Assembly: GCF_000011805.1 (NCBI RefSeq)
Contig: NC_006841.2
DNA length: 32,000 bases
Reading direction: 5' to 3' (one strand)
Origin: Aliivibrio fischeri ES114
GTDB taxonomy: Bacteria; Pseudomonadota; Gammaproteobacteria; Enterobacterales; Vibrionaceae
Within the stretch, counting starts at the first letter, position 1, and each line of letters begins with the position of its first letter. The position numbers and the translations under genes were made by a program. Below are positions 8,965 through 17,030 of the stretch, one piece after another. A model generated the notes under the pieces. That model had not been told where the DNA came from, searched no databases, and saw only the letters and a program-made list of their open reading frames with translations.

Positions 8965-9422
8965 GAGCCTTGCTTTCGCTCCAATTAACTTGGTAAAGAA
9001 CTGATTTACCAAGATTTGCTGTAAACTGAGTTTAATTAGACTGGCTCAATTAAGCGAGCAAAATATCCAACCAACAACAATAATTGTGAAACGAAACAAT
9101 CCCTTTTTCTTACACTATTTGTACGATTTGGTTTCATCAACTTCTGAGCTAATAAACCAAATATCCTAACCACAATTGGGATTGAAAATGCTGCGAGGAA
9201 AACACTGATGCAGGCTAAAATGAGGCAAAACCATGAACAATTGAAGCGTAAATTAGTTTCTGAAACGCCTGAATTTGGGGCAATAATAGTTCAATGCCGA
9301 ACCTGATGAAACGAACACTAAAAGGCAACAAAGAAAAAGGAAAACCACCTTACTTTCACACCTAAAAAACTAATGGTTCAATCGCTGAACTGAACCAAAA
9401 AACTGCATTCTCAGAGTTCGTA
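8965..9422 (-). other. ORF-less cassette body, family NC copy 2
   Basis: No ORF in the track; TTGGTAAAGAACTGATTTACCAA and CACAATTGGGATTGAAAATGCTGCGAGG blocks shared with copies 1 and 3. Confidence 0.88.
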
Positions 9423-9544
9423 TAACGCCTGCATAACACGTTTGCTACCGTGCAGATTAAGATCAAATTTACCACTTAAAACAGTAAACTCAAAGAAACC
9501 TAGAATGCCGAGTGTAGCAAATCGTGTTGATGCATTTGTTATGC
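9423..9544 (-). repeat. attC site 11 (long class)
   Basis: TAACGCCTGCATAACACGTTTGCTACCGTGCAG ... GTAGCAAATCGTGTTGATGCATTTGTTATGC. Confidence 0.92.
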
Positions 9545-9550
9545 CTTAAC

Positions 9551-10075
9551 TCAGTAAAGTTTCAATTCTCTTAACAACTTAACTGCTGCATCTTTCGGCT
9601 GTATATCACTCGTATCTACTGACGCATCGTATTTTATGAAATTATGAACCAATGGATACTCCGATTCAGCTAATCCGATTGCACGATCACCACGCGCTAA
9701 TTCTCGTGCAATACAGACATCTAATCTACACATTACCTTGACTCGAACTACGTTAAATCCACTCAAAGACTTTTCTAGTGCATTAATTTCGTCTTCATTT
9801 ATCCAAGCATTATCAATAATAAGTCTACAACCAGCTTCTAATAGTCCTTTAACACAATTATGGTAACCTTCGGTTAATTGCCCATAATCATACCCAGAAC
9901 GACTTATTGGATCCCCTGCTATCATTCTCCTGAGGTCTGTTGGAGGTAAAGCATATAAAACACTATCAATACTAAAATTTAGATATTGTATTGATAATAA
10001 TTCTTGTAACTCTTTAGCTAAGCTAGTTTTTCCAGAACTTCCTGTTCCATTAAGCAAGATTATATCTGGGTACAT
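9551..10075 (-). CDS. P-loop kinase, chloramphenicol phosphotransferase-like
   Basis: 174 aa; IILLNGTGSSGKTSLAKELQ Walker A, CPT-like layout (RLIIDNAWINEDE, VKVMCRLDVCIARELARGDRAIGLAE). Confidence 0.82.
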   Translation of the reverse strand: MYPDIILLNGTGSSGKTSLAKELQELLSIQYLNFSIDSVLYALPPTDLRRMIAGDPISRSGYDYGQLTEGYHNCVKGLLEAGCRLIIDNAWINEDEINALEKSLSGFNVVRVKVMCRLDVCIARELARGDRAIGLAESEYPLVHNFIKYDASVDTSDIQPKDAAVKLLRELKLY

Positions 10076-10102
10076 TGTAAGATTCCTTTCTCAAAAGAGG
10101 CA

Positions 10103-10227
10103 TAACGCCGCAATAACACGTTTATTACTACGACAACTTAGCTAAATTTTACTGCCTTAAACACTGAAACCAAAGAGAAACCTACAACGCCGAATGTAAT
10201 AAATCGTGTTGATTACTTTGTTATGCG
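10103..10227 (-). repeat. attC site 12 (long class)
   Basis: TAACGCCGCAATAACACGTTTATTACTACGAC ... GTAATAAATCGTGTTGATTACTTTGTTATGC. Confidence 0.92.
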
Positions 10228-10329
10228 GCACAAATAAAATTAATTGTGTGGAACCAAGATACTACCCGCAGTTACATTAACCAAAAACGGTTACGATACT
10301 TAAAATTTGCACAAAACTAAGAGAACAGA

Positions 10330-10632
10330 ATGGATGCTATTGCTCATTTAATTATCATTTTAGGGAATCCATTTGTATATAAAATTGGACATCTAATTAT
10401 TTCAATTTTAAGCATTGGTAAATTGTCCATTCAACCATTACCAACTAAATTTTCCGCTAATTTTGTGCAAGCGTTTGACGAAGATAAAATCGTAGAAAGT
10501 CAAAATAAACAAAACTACTCAATCTCATATGTAATTGCCCTTACCATTGGTTACGCTGTAACTATAGCTATCTTTGGAACCCTATTATTTTATAATATCG
10601 ATAGTTTTATTGAAGCTCAATCATCGAACTAA
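10330..10632 (+). CDS. small membrane protein, copy A, against array orientation
   Basis: 100 aa with two hydrophobic segments; ~89% identical by hand count to 12588-12890. Confidence 0.75.
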   Translation: MDAIAHLIIILGNPFVYKIGHLIISILSIGKLSIQPLPTKFSANFVQAFDEDKIVESQNKQNYSISYVIALTIGYAVTIAIFGTLLFYNIDSFIEAQSSN

Positions 10633-10641
10633 AAACCCGCA

Positions 10642-10765
10642 TAACGCCGCAATAACACGTTTATTACTACGACGACTTAGCTGAATTTTACCGCCTTAAA
10701 CACCTAAACCAAAGACAAACCTACAACGCCGAATGTAATAAATCGTGTTGATTGCTTTGTTATAT
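10642..10765 (-). repeat. attC site 13 (long class)
   Basis: TAACGCCGCAATAACACGTTTATTACTACGACGACTTAG ... GTAATAAATCGTGTTGATTGCTTTGTTATAT. Confidence 0.92.
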
Positions 10766-10823
10766 TGCCTATTGATAAACGACATGAAATCGTTCCAATA
10801 CAAGAACCATGTCCTCACTAGGC

Positions 10824-11234
10824 TTAATAATTTAACTCTGAACATTCAGCAGCAAAGAAACGCCAATGAGCTTCACGCCACCATTTTAATGAACAGTCGC
10901 CCTCGCCTTCTACATGAGCAAACTCAGCCGTAACTTCGTTATATTTACACGTTTCAACTGAATCAATTTCAATGATACAAATTGGTTTCCCATTCCAATC
11001 AACGACTACTTGTAAATGACCAACGGTTGGCATTGGTTCTTCACCAGATTCATACCAAACATTTAAGCTACAAGTTGCTGTCTTTTGACCAATTCGGATT
11101 AATTCTGCGCATAAATTGGCATTATGCTCATCAGCACAGAAATAGTCTGAACTGAATGATTGATACTTTTCACGTTTAATTTCAGAAAGTGAGCTTAGAT
11201 ACTGATCCAAGTAGATTTGAGACTGTTCTTCCAT
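10824..11234 (-). CDS. ASCH domain-containing protein
   Basis: 136 aa; VVVDWNGKPICIIEIDSVETCKYNEVTAEFAHVEGEGDCSLKWWREAHWRFF. Confidence 0.85.
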   Translation of the reverse strand: MEEQSQIYLDQYLSSLSEIKREKYQSFSSDYFCADEHNANLCAELIRIGQKTATCSLNVWYESGEEPMPTVGHLQVVVDWNGKPICIIEIDSVETCKYNEVTAEFAHVEGEGDCSLKWWREAHWRFFAAECSELNY

Positions 11235-11261
11235 GAAATCCTCTTAACTATTTTCGCAATA

Positions 11262-11383
11262 TAACACCTGCATAACACGTTTGCTACCATGCAGATTAAG
11301 CTTAAATTTACCACTTAACGCGGCAAACCCAAAGAAATCTAGAATGCCGAATGTAGCAAATCGTGTTGATGCATTTGTTATAC
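11262..11383 (-). repeat. attC site 14 (long class; TAACACC end variant)
   Basis: TAACACCTGCATAACACGTTTGCTACCATGCAG ... GTAGCAAATCGTGTTGATGCATTTGTTATAC. Confidence 0.92.
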
Positions 11384-11471
11384 GTGTCTACTTTAGTTTG
11401 AATAAGCATATATACAAAACTTAATATAAATTACATCTTATCACAGCTAAAACAACACAAGAGATATGAAT

Positions 11472-11625
11472 AAAAAAAGGGCTCGATGACTGGAATCGAA
11501 CCCTGAACGTGAAATGCCTGTCTACAGCAGCACAAAAATTATGAGGAGCTCCAGTTTATTACTGGAATCACTCTTAACCAACTGTAAAATAAGACAGGTT
11601 TGTTTTTAACGCTACCCCCCTCGGC
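11472..11625 (-). ncRNA. candidate ncRNA unit 1 (tandem with unit 2), ends in intrinsic-terminator-like hairpin; 5' end approximate
   Basis: Minus strand: GGGTTCGAT-TCCAGTC-ATCGAGCCC-TTTTTTT at 11503-11472; internal TCCAGT-AATAA-ACTGGA hairpin; homologous to unit 2; no ORF in the track. Confidence 0.55.
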
Positions 11626-11627
11626 AC

Positions 11628-11785
11628 AAAAAAAAGGGACTCATTGGCTAAAATTGAGTCCCAGACATGAAATGCTTGTCTACAGCAACACATAAGTAAG
11701 GAGTGACTACGATTTTATTACATTGACACTGCCTTACTAACTGTAAAATCAGGTAGGTTACTATTAAATATTTATAATTTGGACG
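11628..11785 (-). ncRNA. candidate ncRNA unit 2, ends in intrinsic-terminator-like hairpin; 5' end approximate
   Basis: Minus strand: GGGACTCA-ATTTTAGCCAA-TGAGTCCC-TTTTTTTT at 11662-11628; shares TACAGTT and TTGCTGTAGACAAGCATTTCA elements with unit 1. Confidence 0.55.
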
Positions 11786-11799
11786 TCATTGATTTCGTA

Positions 11800-11903
11800 T
11801 AACGCCGCAATAACACGTGCGAACGACTTACTTTCCAAACCAATTATACTTCAAACCACAAACGCCGAGTGTAATTAGCATCGTGTTGATTGCTTTGTTA
11901 CAC
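11800..11903 (-). repeat. attC site 15 (short class)
   Basis: TAACGCCGCAATAACACGTGCGAACG ... TAGCATCGTGTTGATTGCTTTGTTACAC. Confidence 0.9.
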
Positions 11904-12360
11904 GATCTTTGTCAACGCTTCGCTTTAATTGGTAAAGAACTGATTTACCAATAATATTTAGAAACCAATTCTAAATTACAAAAGCTAATTTAGCGAACAA
12001 AAGAACCGTTCAACTACAAAAACTGCGAAACGAAACAATCCTTTTTCTAGCACCATTTGTACGATTTAGTATCAGCAAGTTTGGAGCTGATAAATCAAAT
12101 ATCTTTGCCACAATTGGGATTGATAATGTTGTGAGGAAAACACTGATGCAGGATAAAATGAGGCATAACCAAAGAACAATTGAAGCGTAAAAATATCTCT
12201 GAAACGCCTGAACTTAGATCGACAATAGTCAATTGCCGAACCAAATGAAATGAAAGCTAAAAGGAAACAAAGAAGAAGGAAAACTACCCTACTTTAACAT
12301 CTAAAAATCGAATGGTTCTATCGCTGAACTGAGCCAAAAAACTGCAATCTTTAGTTCGTG
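11904..12360 (-). other. ORF-less cassette body, family NC copy 3
   Basis: No ORF in the track; closely matches 8965-9422 along most of its length. Confidence 0.88.
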
Positions 12361-12484
12361 TAACGCCGCAATAACACGTTTATTACTACGACGACTTAGC
12401 TGAATTTTACCGCCTTAAACACCTAAACCAAAGACAAACCTACAACGCCGAATGTAATAAATCGTGTTGATTGCTTTGTTATGC
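12361..12484 (-). repeat. attC site 16 (long class)
   Basis: TAACGCCGCAATAACACGTTTATTACTACGACGACTTAG ... GTTGATTGCTTTGTTATGC; near-identical to site 13. Confidence 0.92.
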
Positions 12485-12587
12485 GGCACAAATAAAATTA
12501 ATAGTGTGGAACCAAGGTACTACCCACAGTTACATTAACCAAAAATGGTTACGATACTTAAAACTTGCACAAAACTAAGAGAACAGA

Positions 12588-12890
12588 ATGGATGCTATTG
12601 CTCATTTAATTATCATTTTAGGGAATCCATTTGCATATAAAATTGGACACCTAATTATTTCAATTTTAAGTCTTGGTAAATTGTCCATTCAACCATTACC
12701 AACTAAATTTTCTGCTAATTTCGTGCAAGCCTTTGACGAAGATAAGGTCGTAGAAAACCAAAATAAACAAAACTACTCAATATCATATGGAGTTACCCTT
12801 TCCATTGGTTACGCTGTAACTATAGCTATCCTTGGAACCCTATTATTTTATAATATTGATAGTTTTATTGAAGCTCAAACATCAGAATAA
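12588..12890 (+). CDS. small membrane protein, copy B, against array orientation
   Basis: 100 aa; paralogous to 10330-10632. Confidence 0.75.
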   Translation: MDAIAHLIIILGNPFAYKIGHLIISILSLGKLSIQPLPTKFSANFVQAFDEDKVVENQNKQNYSISYGVTLSIGYAVTIAILGTLLFYNIDSFIEAQTSE

Positions 12891-12900
12891 AACACCCGCA

Positions 12901-13022
12901 TAACGCCTGCATAACACGTTTGCTACCATGTAGATTAAGTCCAAATTTACCACTAAACACGGTAAACCCAAAGAAACCTAGAATGCCGAATGTAGCAAAT
13001 CGTGTTGATGCATTTGTTATGT
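12901..13022 (-). repeat. attC site 17 (long class)
   Basis: TAACGCCTGCATAACACGTTTGCTACCATGTAG ... GTAGCAAATCGTGTTGATGCATTTGTTATGT. Confidence 0.92.
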
Positions 13023-13031
13023 GCGATATTT

Positions 13032-13430
13032 CTACGCATTCCATTCTTTGTTTTGAAGCACAATTCTATAACCATCAATATCTTCAAATGTTTTACCAAC
13101 AATATCCCAATATTTATTATAAGAAGAAACTATTTCAAAACCGGCTATCACCATTCTTTCACAGCATTCCACCCAAATATCATTATCAGAAAAATAGAAT
13201 ACAAGTAGATTATCTTGAGTTGGAGCTTTACCTACCATTTTCCCTTTATGGTGAGTAAACTCTAAGTGATAATTATGCTTTTCATGACCAATTATTGAGC
13301 CATCAAAACCATTGTGATCTTCAAAAGTTCCTAATAACTGAAATCCCAAACCATTCACATACATCTCTGTAATTTTATGAAGATTATCAGTTGGTCGAGC
13401 AACTCTCATTTTTGAAGTTTGAGGTATCAT
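13032..13430 (-). CDS. VOC (glyoxalase/bleomycin resistance-like) family protein
   Basis: Track ORF starts at 13457; likely start MIPQTSKMRV at 13430. VARPTDNLHKITEMYVNGLGFQLLG...HNYHLEFTHH...FEDIDGYRIVLQN. Confidence 0.85.
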   Translation of the reverse strand: MIPQTSKMRVARPTDNLHKITEMYVNGLGFQLLGTFEDHNGFDGSIIGHEKHNYHLEFTHHKGKMVGKAPTQDNLLVFYFSDNDIWVECCERMVIAGFEIVSSYNKYWDIVGKTFEDIDGYRIVLQNKEWNA

Positions 13431-13456
13431 GAAATTTCCTTTTCCTTTTTTGCACA

Positions 13457-13579
13457 TAACGCCTGCATAACACGTTTGCTACTATGCAATTATACTTAAT
13501 ATTGACGCCTTAAAACGAGAAACACCCGGCAAACTGAGATTGCCGAGTGTAGTAAATCGTGTTGATGCATTTGTTATAA
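13457..13579 (-). repeat. attC site 18 (long class)
   Basis: TAACGCCTGCATAACACGTTTGCTACTATGCAATTATAC ... GTAGTAAATCGTGTTGATGCATTTGTTATAA. Confidence 0.92.
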
Positions 13580-13700
13580 CGCTGCCAATACTTTTCACCC
13601 ATCCTATTAGGCATTGAGTATAAAGGATAATATCTATCACTATGCGACTTGAATTTTTTAAGGCATTCACACTAAATGATAGCTCAAAACTCTTTACCCT

Positions 13701-14072
13701 TTAGTAAAGTCTTTTTAGCCCTTCATCACAAGCATACATAGATTTTGAGTTGCCTTTATAGCCATAGTTCGTCTTATATTCCCATTTATAACCAACATAT
13801 CCACCATAGCTATTTTTCGCATTGTAACGAATGCAATATCCCTTATTTTCTTCAACTGGTTTCTTCACTGAAGGCTCCCAATATTGAAAGATATCAGCAA
13901 ACTTAGCGCTATCCGGATCTTTTAGTGATGATTTCAAATCATCTAATGCCTTTACAATTTCTATTGGTGGCTTAGACATATCAATCTTTTCATATGTAAG
14001 GTTTTCACTAGAAGTCGACTTACAACCTAAAAGGGATAAAGTGAACATTACAACTAATATTAATTTCTTCAT
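13701..14072 (-). CDS. putative lipoprotein
   Basis: 123 aa; signal peptide with lipobox MKKLILVVMFTLSLLGCKSTSS. Confidence 0.8.
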   Translation of the reverse strand: MKKLILVVMFTLSLLGCKSTSSENLTYEKIDMSKPPIEIVKALDDLKSSLKDPDSAKFADIFQYWEPSVKKPVEENKGYCIRYNAKNSYGGYVGYKWEYKTNYGYKGNSKSMYACDEGLKRLY

Positions 14073-14152
14073 TGATTCCTCCGCTTAAAATATAAAGTAT
14101 ATGGTACCATATATTTCACTGAAGTCTATTATGCGCTACGACTACATGCGTT

Positions 14153-14275
14153 ATAACGCCTGCATAACACGTTTACTACCAAGCAATTATACTTAAAATT
14201 GACGCATTAAAACGAGAAACACCCGACAACCTGAGATGCCGAGTGTAGTAAATCGTGTTGATGCAATTGTTATAA
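14153..14275 (-). repeat. attC site 19 (long class), closest to attI
   Basis: TAACGCCTGCATAACACGTTTACTACCAAGCAATTATAC ... GTAGTAAATCGTGTTGATGCAATTGTTATAA. Confidence 0.92.
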
Positions 14276-14695
14276 CTCTTTCACTAAAAAGTACGTGGTA
14301 TGCCCTTTCGGTGAATCATTTATTTCACCGTAGACTCTATAACCATTTTTTTCGTAAAACGGTTTCGCTTGAAAGTCTAAAGTTTCAGTTCGTATTTGTT
14401 GAAGTCCTTTTTCTTTTGAAAAAAGTTCAAGTTCAGTCATCAATTTGCTACCAATTCCAGAGCCTCTGGTTTCCTCTGATAGCCATAACAACTCTAATAC
14501 ACAGTAACTCCAAACCACGCTAGCTTGAATCCCACCAATTATTTCGTTCTCATCATTTCGAGCAAAAAGAGCAAACCTAAAACCGGCATCAAACGAATCA
14601 TCATTTGGAAGAAATTTTTCGTTAAAAGCAGAGATACCATCGCTTATTCTTTTAAGATCAGCATCCAAAGGCGACGTTGCTAATTCTATTTTCAA
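14270..14695 (-). CDS. GNAT family N-acetyltransferase (first cassette)
   Basis: 141 aa; LELLWLSEETRGSGIGSKLMTELELFSKEKGLQQIRTETL. Confidence 0.9.
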   Translation of the reverse strand: MKIELATSPLDADLKRISDGISAFNEKFLPNDDSFDAGFRFALFARNDENEIIGGIQASVVWSYCVLELLWLSEETRGSGIGSKLMTELELFSKEKGLQQIRTETLDFQAKPFYEKNGYRVYGEINDSPKGHTTYFLVKEL

Positions 14696-14719
14696 AATTT
14701 ACTCCATATTAAACTTAAA

Positions 14720-14800
14720 AAGTTATAACATTTAATTATACCCACCACATTCGTAATCTCTACTGAATATATTTCTGTACGTATAAACTCAACATTCTAT
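14720..14800 (-). promoter_or_regulatory. putative attI region; junction core GTTATAA (minus strand) near 14723-14729
   Basis: Only GTTRRRY-like core between the first cassette gene and intI; outer limit is a guess. Confidence 0.5.
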
Positions 14801-15017
14801 TTCAAAACCAATAACCTAGCACCTAAAACCACTGAAACTTCAAAAGAATTATACGTAATTGGTTCGTATATCTCACTTTTAGCCTTACATGCATGTAACT
14901 GATTAAATAGACAATTCCATCAAAATTTAATCAAACCTCCAAATATACGAACCCAAATTGAAACTCTAGTGAGGTGACTTACACTCAATACACCATTAAC
15001 AACCACGAACAAAGCAA

Positions 15018-16001
15018 ATGGATATCCCATTAGATCTTAAACCAGATTCACAACGCTTCACCGATCAACTTCGAATTTTCATTCGAACACGTGCGCTAGC
15101 CTATAATACAGAGAAACAATACATATATTGGATAAGTTGCTTTATTCGTCATAACAACTACACATCAAAAGACGAAATTAACGCCTTTGATATACCAGCC
15201 TACCTTGAGCACTTAGTCGTAAAACAGAACGTATCGCCAAATACCCAAAAAACCGCGTTAAACGCACTCATATTTTTATGTCGCGAATACCTACAACAAT
15301 CAGTCGATAACCTTGAATTTAAACGTTCTAAAAAAGCCACTAAATTGCCAACTGTATTTACTCATGGTGAAGCCATCTCCGTTATAAATGAACTTAACCA
15401 CCCCACTAAGCTGATTGCACAACTTATGTATGGGAGCGGTTTACGAATAAACGAAGCATTAAGGCTAAGAGTAGATGACATCGATCTTATCCATAAAACC
15501 ATCACCATAAGAAATGGGAAAGGTAATAAAGACAGGACTACTGTACTACCCGAGAGCATCATTCCAGAGCTTAAAACGCAACTCGAGTTTGTAAAACAAC
15601 AACATAAAATGGATGCAATAAACGGGGATGATGAAGTTTATCTACCTAATGCCATTGCAAAAAAATACCCTCACAGAGCAAAAAGTTATGGTTGGCAATA
15701 TGTGTTTCCTTCAAAACAGATCAGCAAAGATCCACGTTCAGGTCAGCATCGTCGACACCACATGTTAGATAGAAGCGTTCAAAAACAAGTAACCAATGCA
15801 ATAAAAAAACTTGAGATAGATAAGAAAGCCAGCAGCCACACATTTAGGCATAGCTTTGCGACACGAATTTTAGAACGGGGTGGAGATCTAAGGACAATAC
15901 AAGAATTATTGGGTCATTCTGATATCAAAACGACCCAAATTTATACTCACGTAATAGGCTTACACTTCTCAGGAACGAAAAGCCCATTAGACTTTGATTA
16001 A
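15018..16001 (+). CDS. intI: integron integrase (tyrosine recombinase), divergent from cassettes
   Basis: 327 aa; [58 protein letters not shown], and IntI-specific insert [29 protein letters not shown]. Confidence 0.95.
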   Translation: MDIPLDLKPDSQRFTDQLRIFIRTRALAYNTEKQYIYWISCFIRHNNYTSKDEINAFDIPAYLEHLVVKQNVSPNTQKTALNALIFLCREYLQQSVDNLEFKRSKKATKLPTVFTHGEAISVINELNHPTKLIAQLMYGSGLRINEALRLRVDDIDLIHKTITIRNGKGNKDRTTVLPESIIPELKTQLEFVKQQHKMDAINGDDEVYLPNAIAKKYPHRAKSYGWQYVFPSKQISKDPRSGQHRRHHMLDRSVQKQVTNAIKKLEIDKKASSHTFRHSFATRILERGGDLRTIQELLGHSDIKTTQIYTHVIGLHFSGTKSPLDFD

Positions 16002-16007
16002 CAATAG

Positions 16008-16181
16008 TTACATTTCATATTGGCGATGTTTTAGTGAATAGAAAATAGCTCTAATCGCTTTCGCCAAAAAGAAAACAGCAACAACAACAAAAAACTTACT
16101 AACAATAAAGCCCGGAGTTAAATAAGAAACAATCGCACAAAAAGCGCCAATTAAGGCCGATAACATCCACTCTTTTTGCAT
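16008..16181 (-). CDS. small membrane protein
   Basis: Not in the ORF track; hand translation MQKEWMLSALIGAFCAIVSYLTPGFIVSKFFVVVAVFFLAKAIRAIFYSLKHRQYEM*. Confidence 0.55.
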   Translation of the reverse strand: MQKEWMLSALIGAFCAIVSYLTPGFIVSKFFVVVAVFFLAKAIRAIFYSLKHRQYEM

Positions 16182-16183
16182 GA

Positions 16184-17026
16184 TTACACAACTAATCGAG
16201 CCATTTCGACACCCGAACCTCTTACTTCATCAATGTGCTCAATCACATTCTCATTCACAAATAAAATATCCACTTCAATCTGCTCAGAAAGCCATACTTT
16301 TTTAGCATCACGTGTTTCAAGTTTATCCCATTCACGATTAATCGCATTCGCCAAACGAACCGTTGCTGCCAGTGGAGAATAAATGTTATCAACTTTTGGT
16401 TCGTATTGTTCAGAAATAGCAAAAACCAACTCTTTAGAGAAACTCCAACTCTCAGCCAATTTAGCACCTAAAACTGCACTATCTGTATTGATAGTTGAAC
16501 GTTGTGCACTAACTTTCGATCTACCCGCTTCCATTTTCTCAAAGATCTCAGGAACTTTATCTGCCATAACAGTATAAATCATCAAATCACCGATGTTATG
16601 CAGCATACCCGCAGTAAAAGCGTCATTAGGGTTAACTGAACAACTTTCACCAATGGCTTTACTTAATACCGCAACTTCAAAAGTTTCTTGCCAAAAATTT
16701 TCTAGATCTATCACTTCAACATAAGGAAAAGCACTGACAAGCGAAGAAGCAATAATCAGAGTTTTAAGCGGTTCAAGACCTAAGCGTACAACCGCTTGGT
16801 TAACTGATGATACGCTCTTACCACGCGAGAAATGCGCAGAGTTAGCCAAACGTAATACACGACCACTCACCACTTGCTCAAGCGAAATTGTTTTTGATAA
16901 ATCTTGCAACTCAACGTCAGGATCATTTACCAATTCCATCATTTCACGGATCACTTTCGGAATTTTTGGTAACTCGTGAGCATGACTTAAAATTTCATTT
17001 TGTTCCATATTCTTTCTCCACAACAA
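16184..17026 (-). CDS. HDOD domain protein
   Basis: HELPKIPKVIREMMELVNDPDVELQDLSKTISLEQVVSGRVLRLANSAHF...AGMLHNIGDLMIY. Confidence 0.9.
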   Translation of the reverse strand: MLWRKNMEQNEILSHAHELPKIPKVIREMMELVNDPDVELQDLSKTISLEQVVSGRVLRLANSAHFSRGKSVSSVNQAVVRLGLEPLKTLIIASSLVSAFPYVEVIDLENFWQETFEVAVLSKAIGESCSVNPNDAFTAGMLHNIGDLMIYTVMADKVPEIFEKMEAGRSKVSAQRSTINTDSAVLGAKLAESWSFSKELVFAISEQYEPKVDNIYSPLAATVRLANAINREWDKLETRDAKKVWLSEQIEVDILFVNENVIEHIDEVRGSGVEMARLVV

Positions 17027-17030
17027 GTCG

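Noticed and set aside
10745-10933. + strand ORF of 62 aa starting in attC 13
   Set aside because: Overlaps the ASCH gene on the opposite strand and begins inside the attC; probably a chance ORF.
3540-14275. CRISPR array
   Set aside because: Repeats are ~104-124 bp imperfect palindromes spaced by 100s of bp to kb with ORFs between them; these are attC sites, not CRISPR repeats.
14900-15017. LexA/SOS box upstream of intI
   Set aside because: SOS control is known for vibrio integrases, but I could not find a convincing CTGT-N8-ACAG match by eye (CTGATTAAATAGACA is too degenerate).
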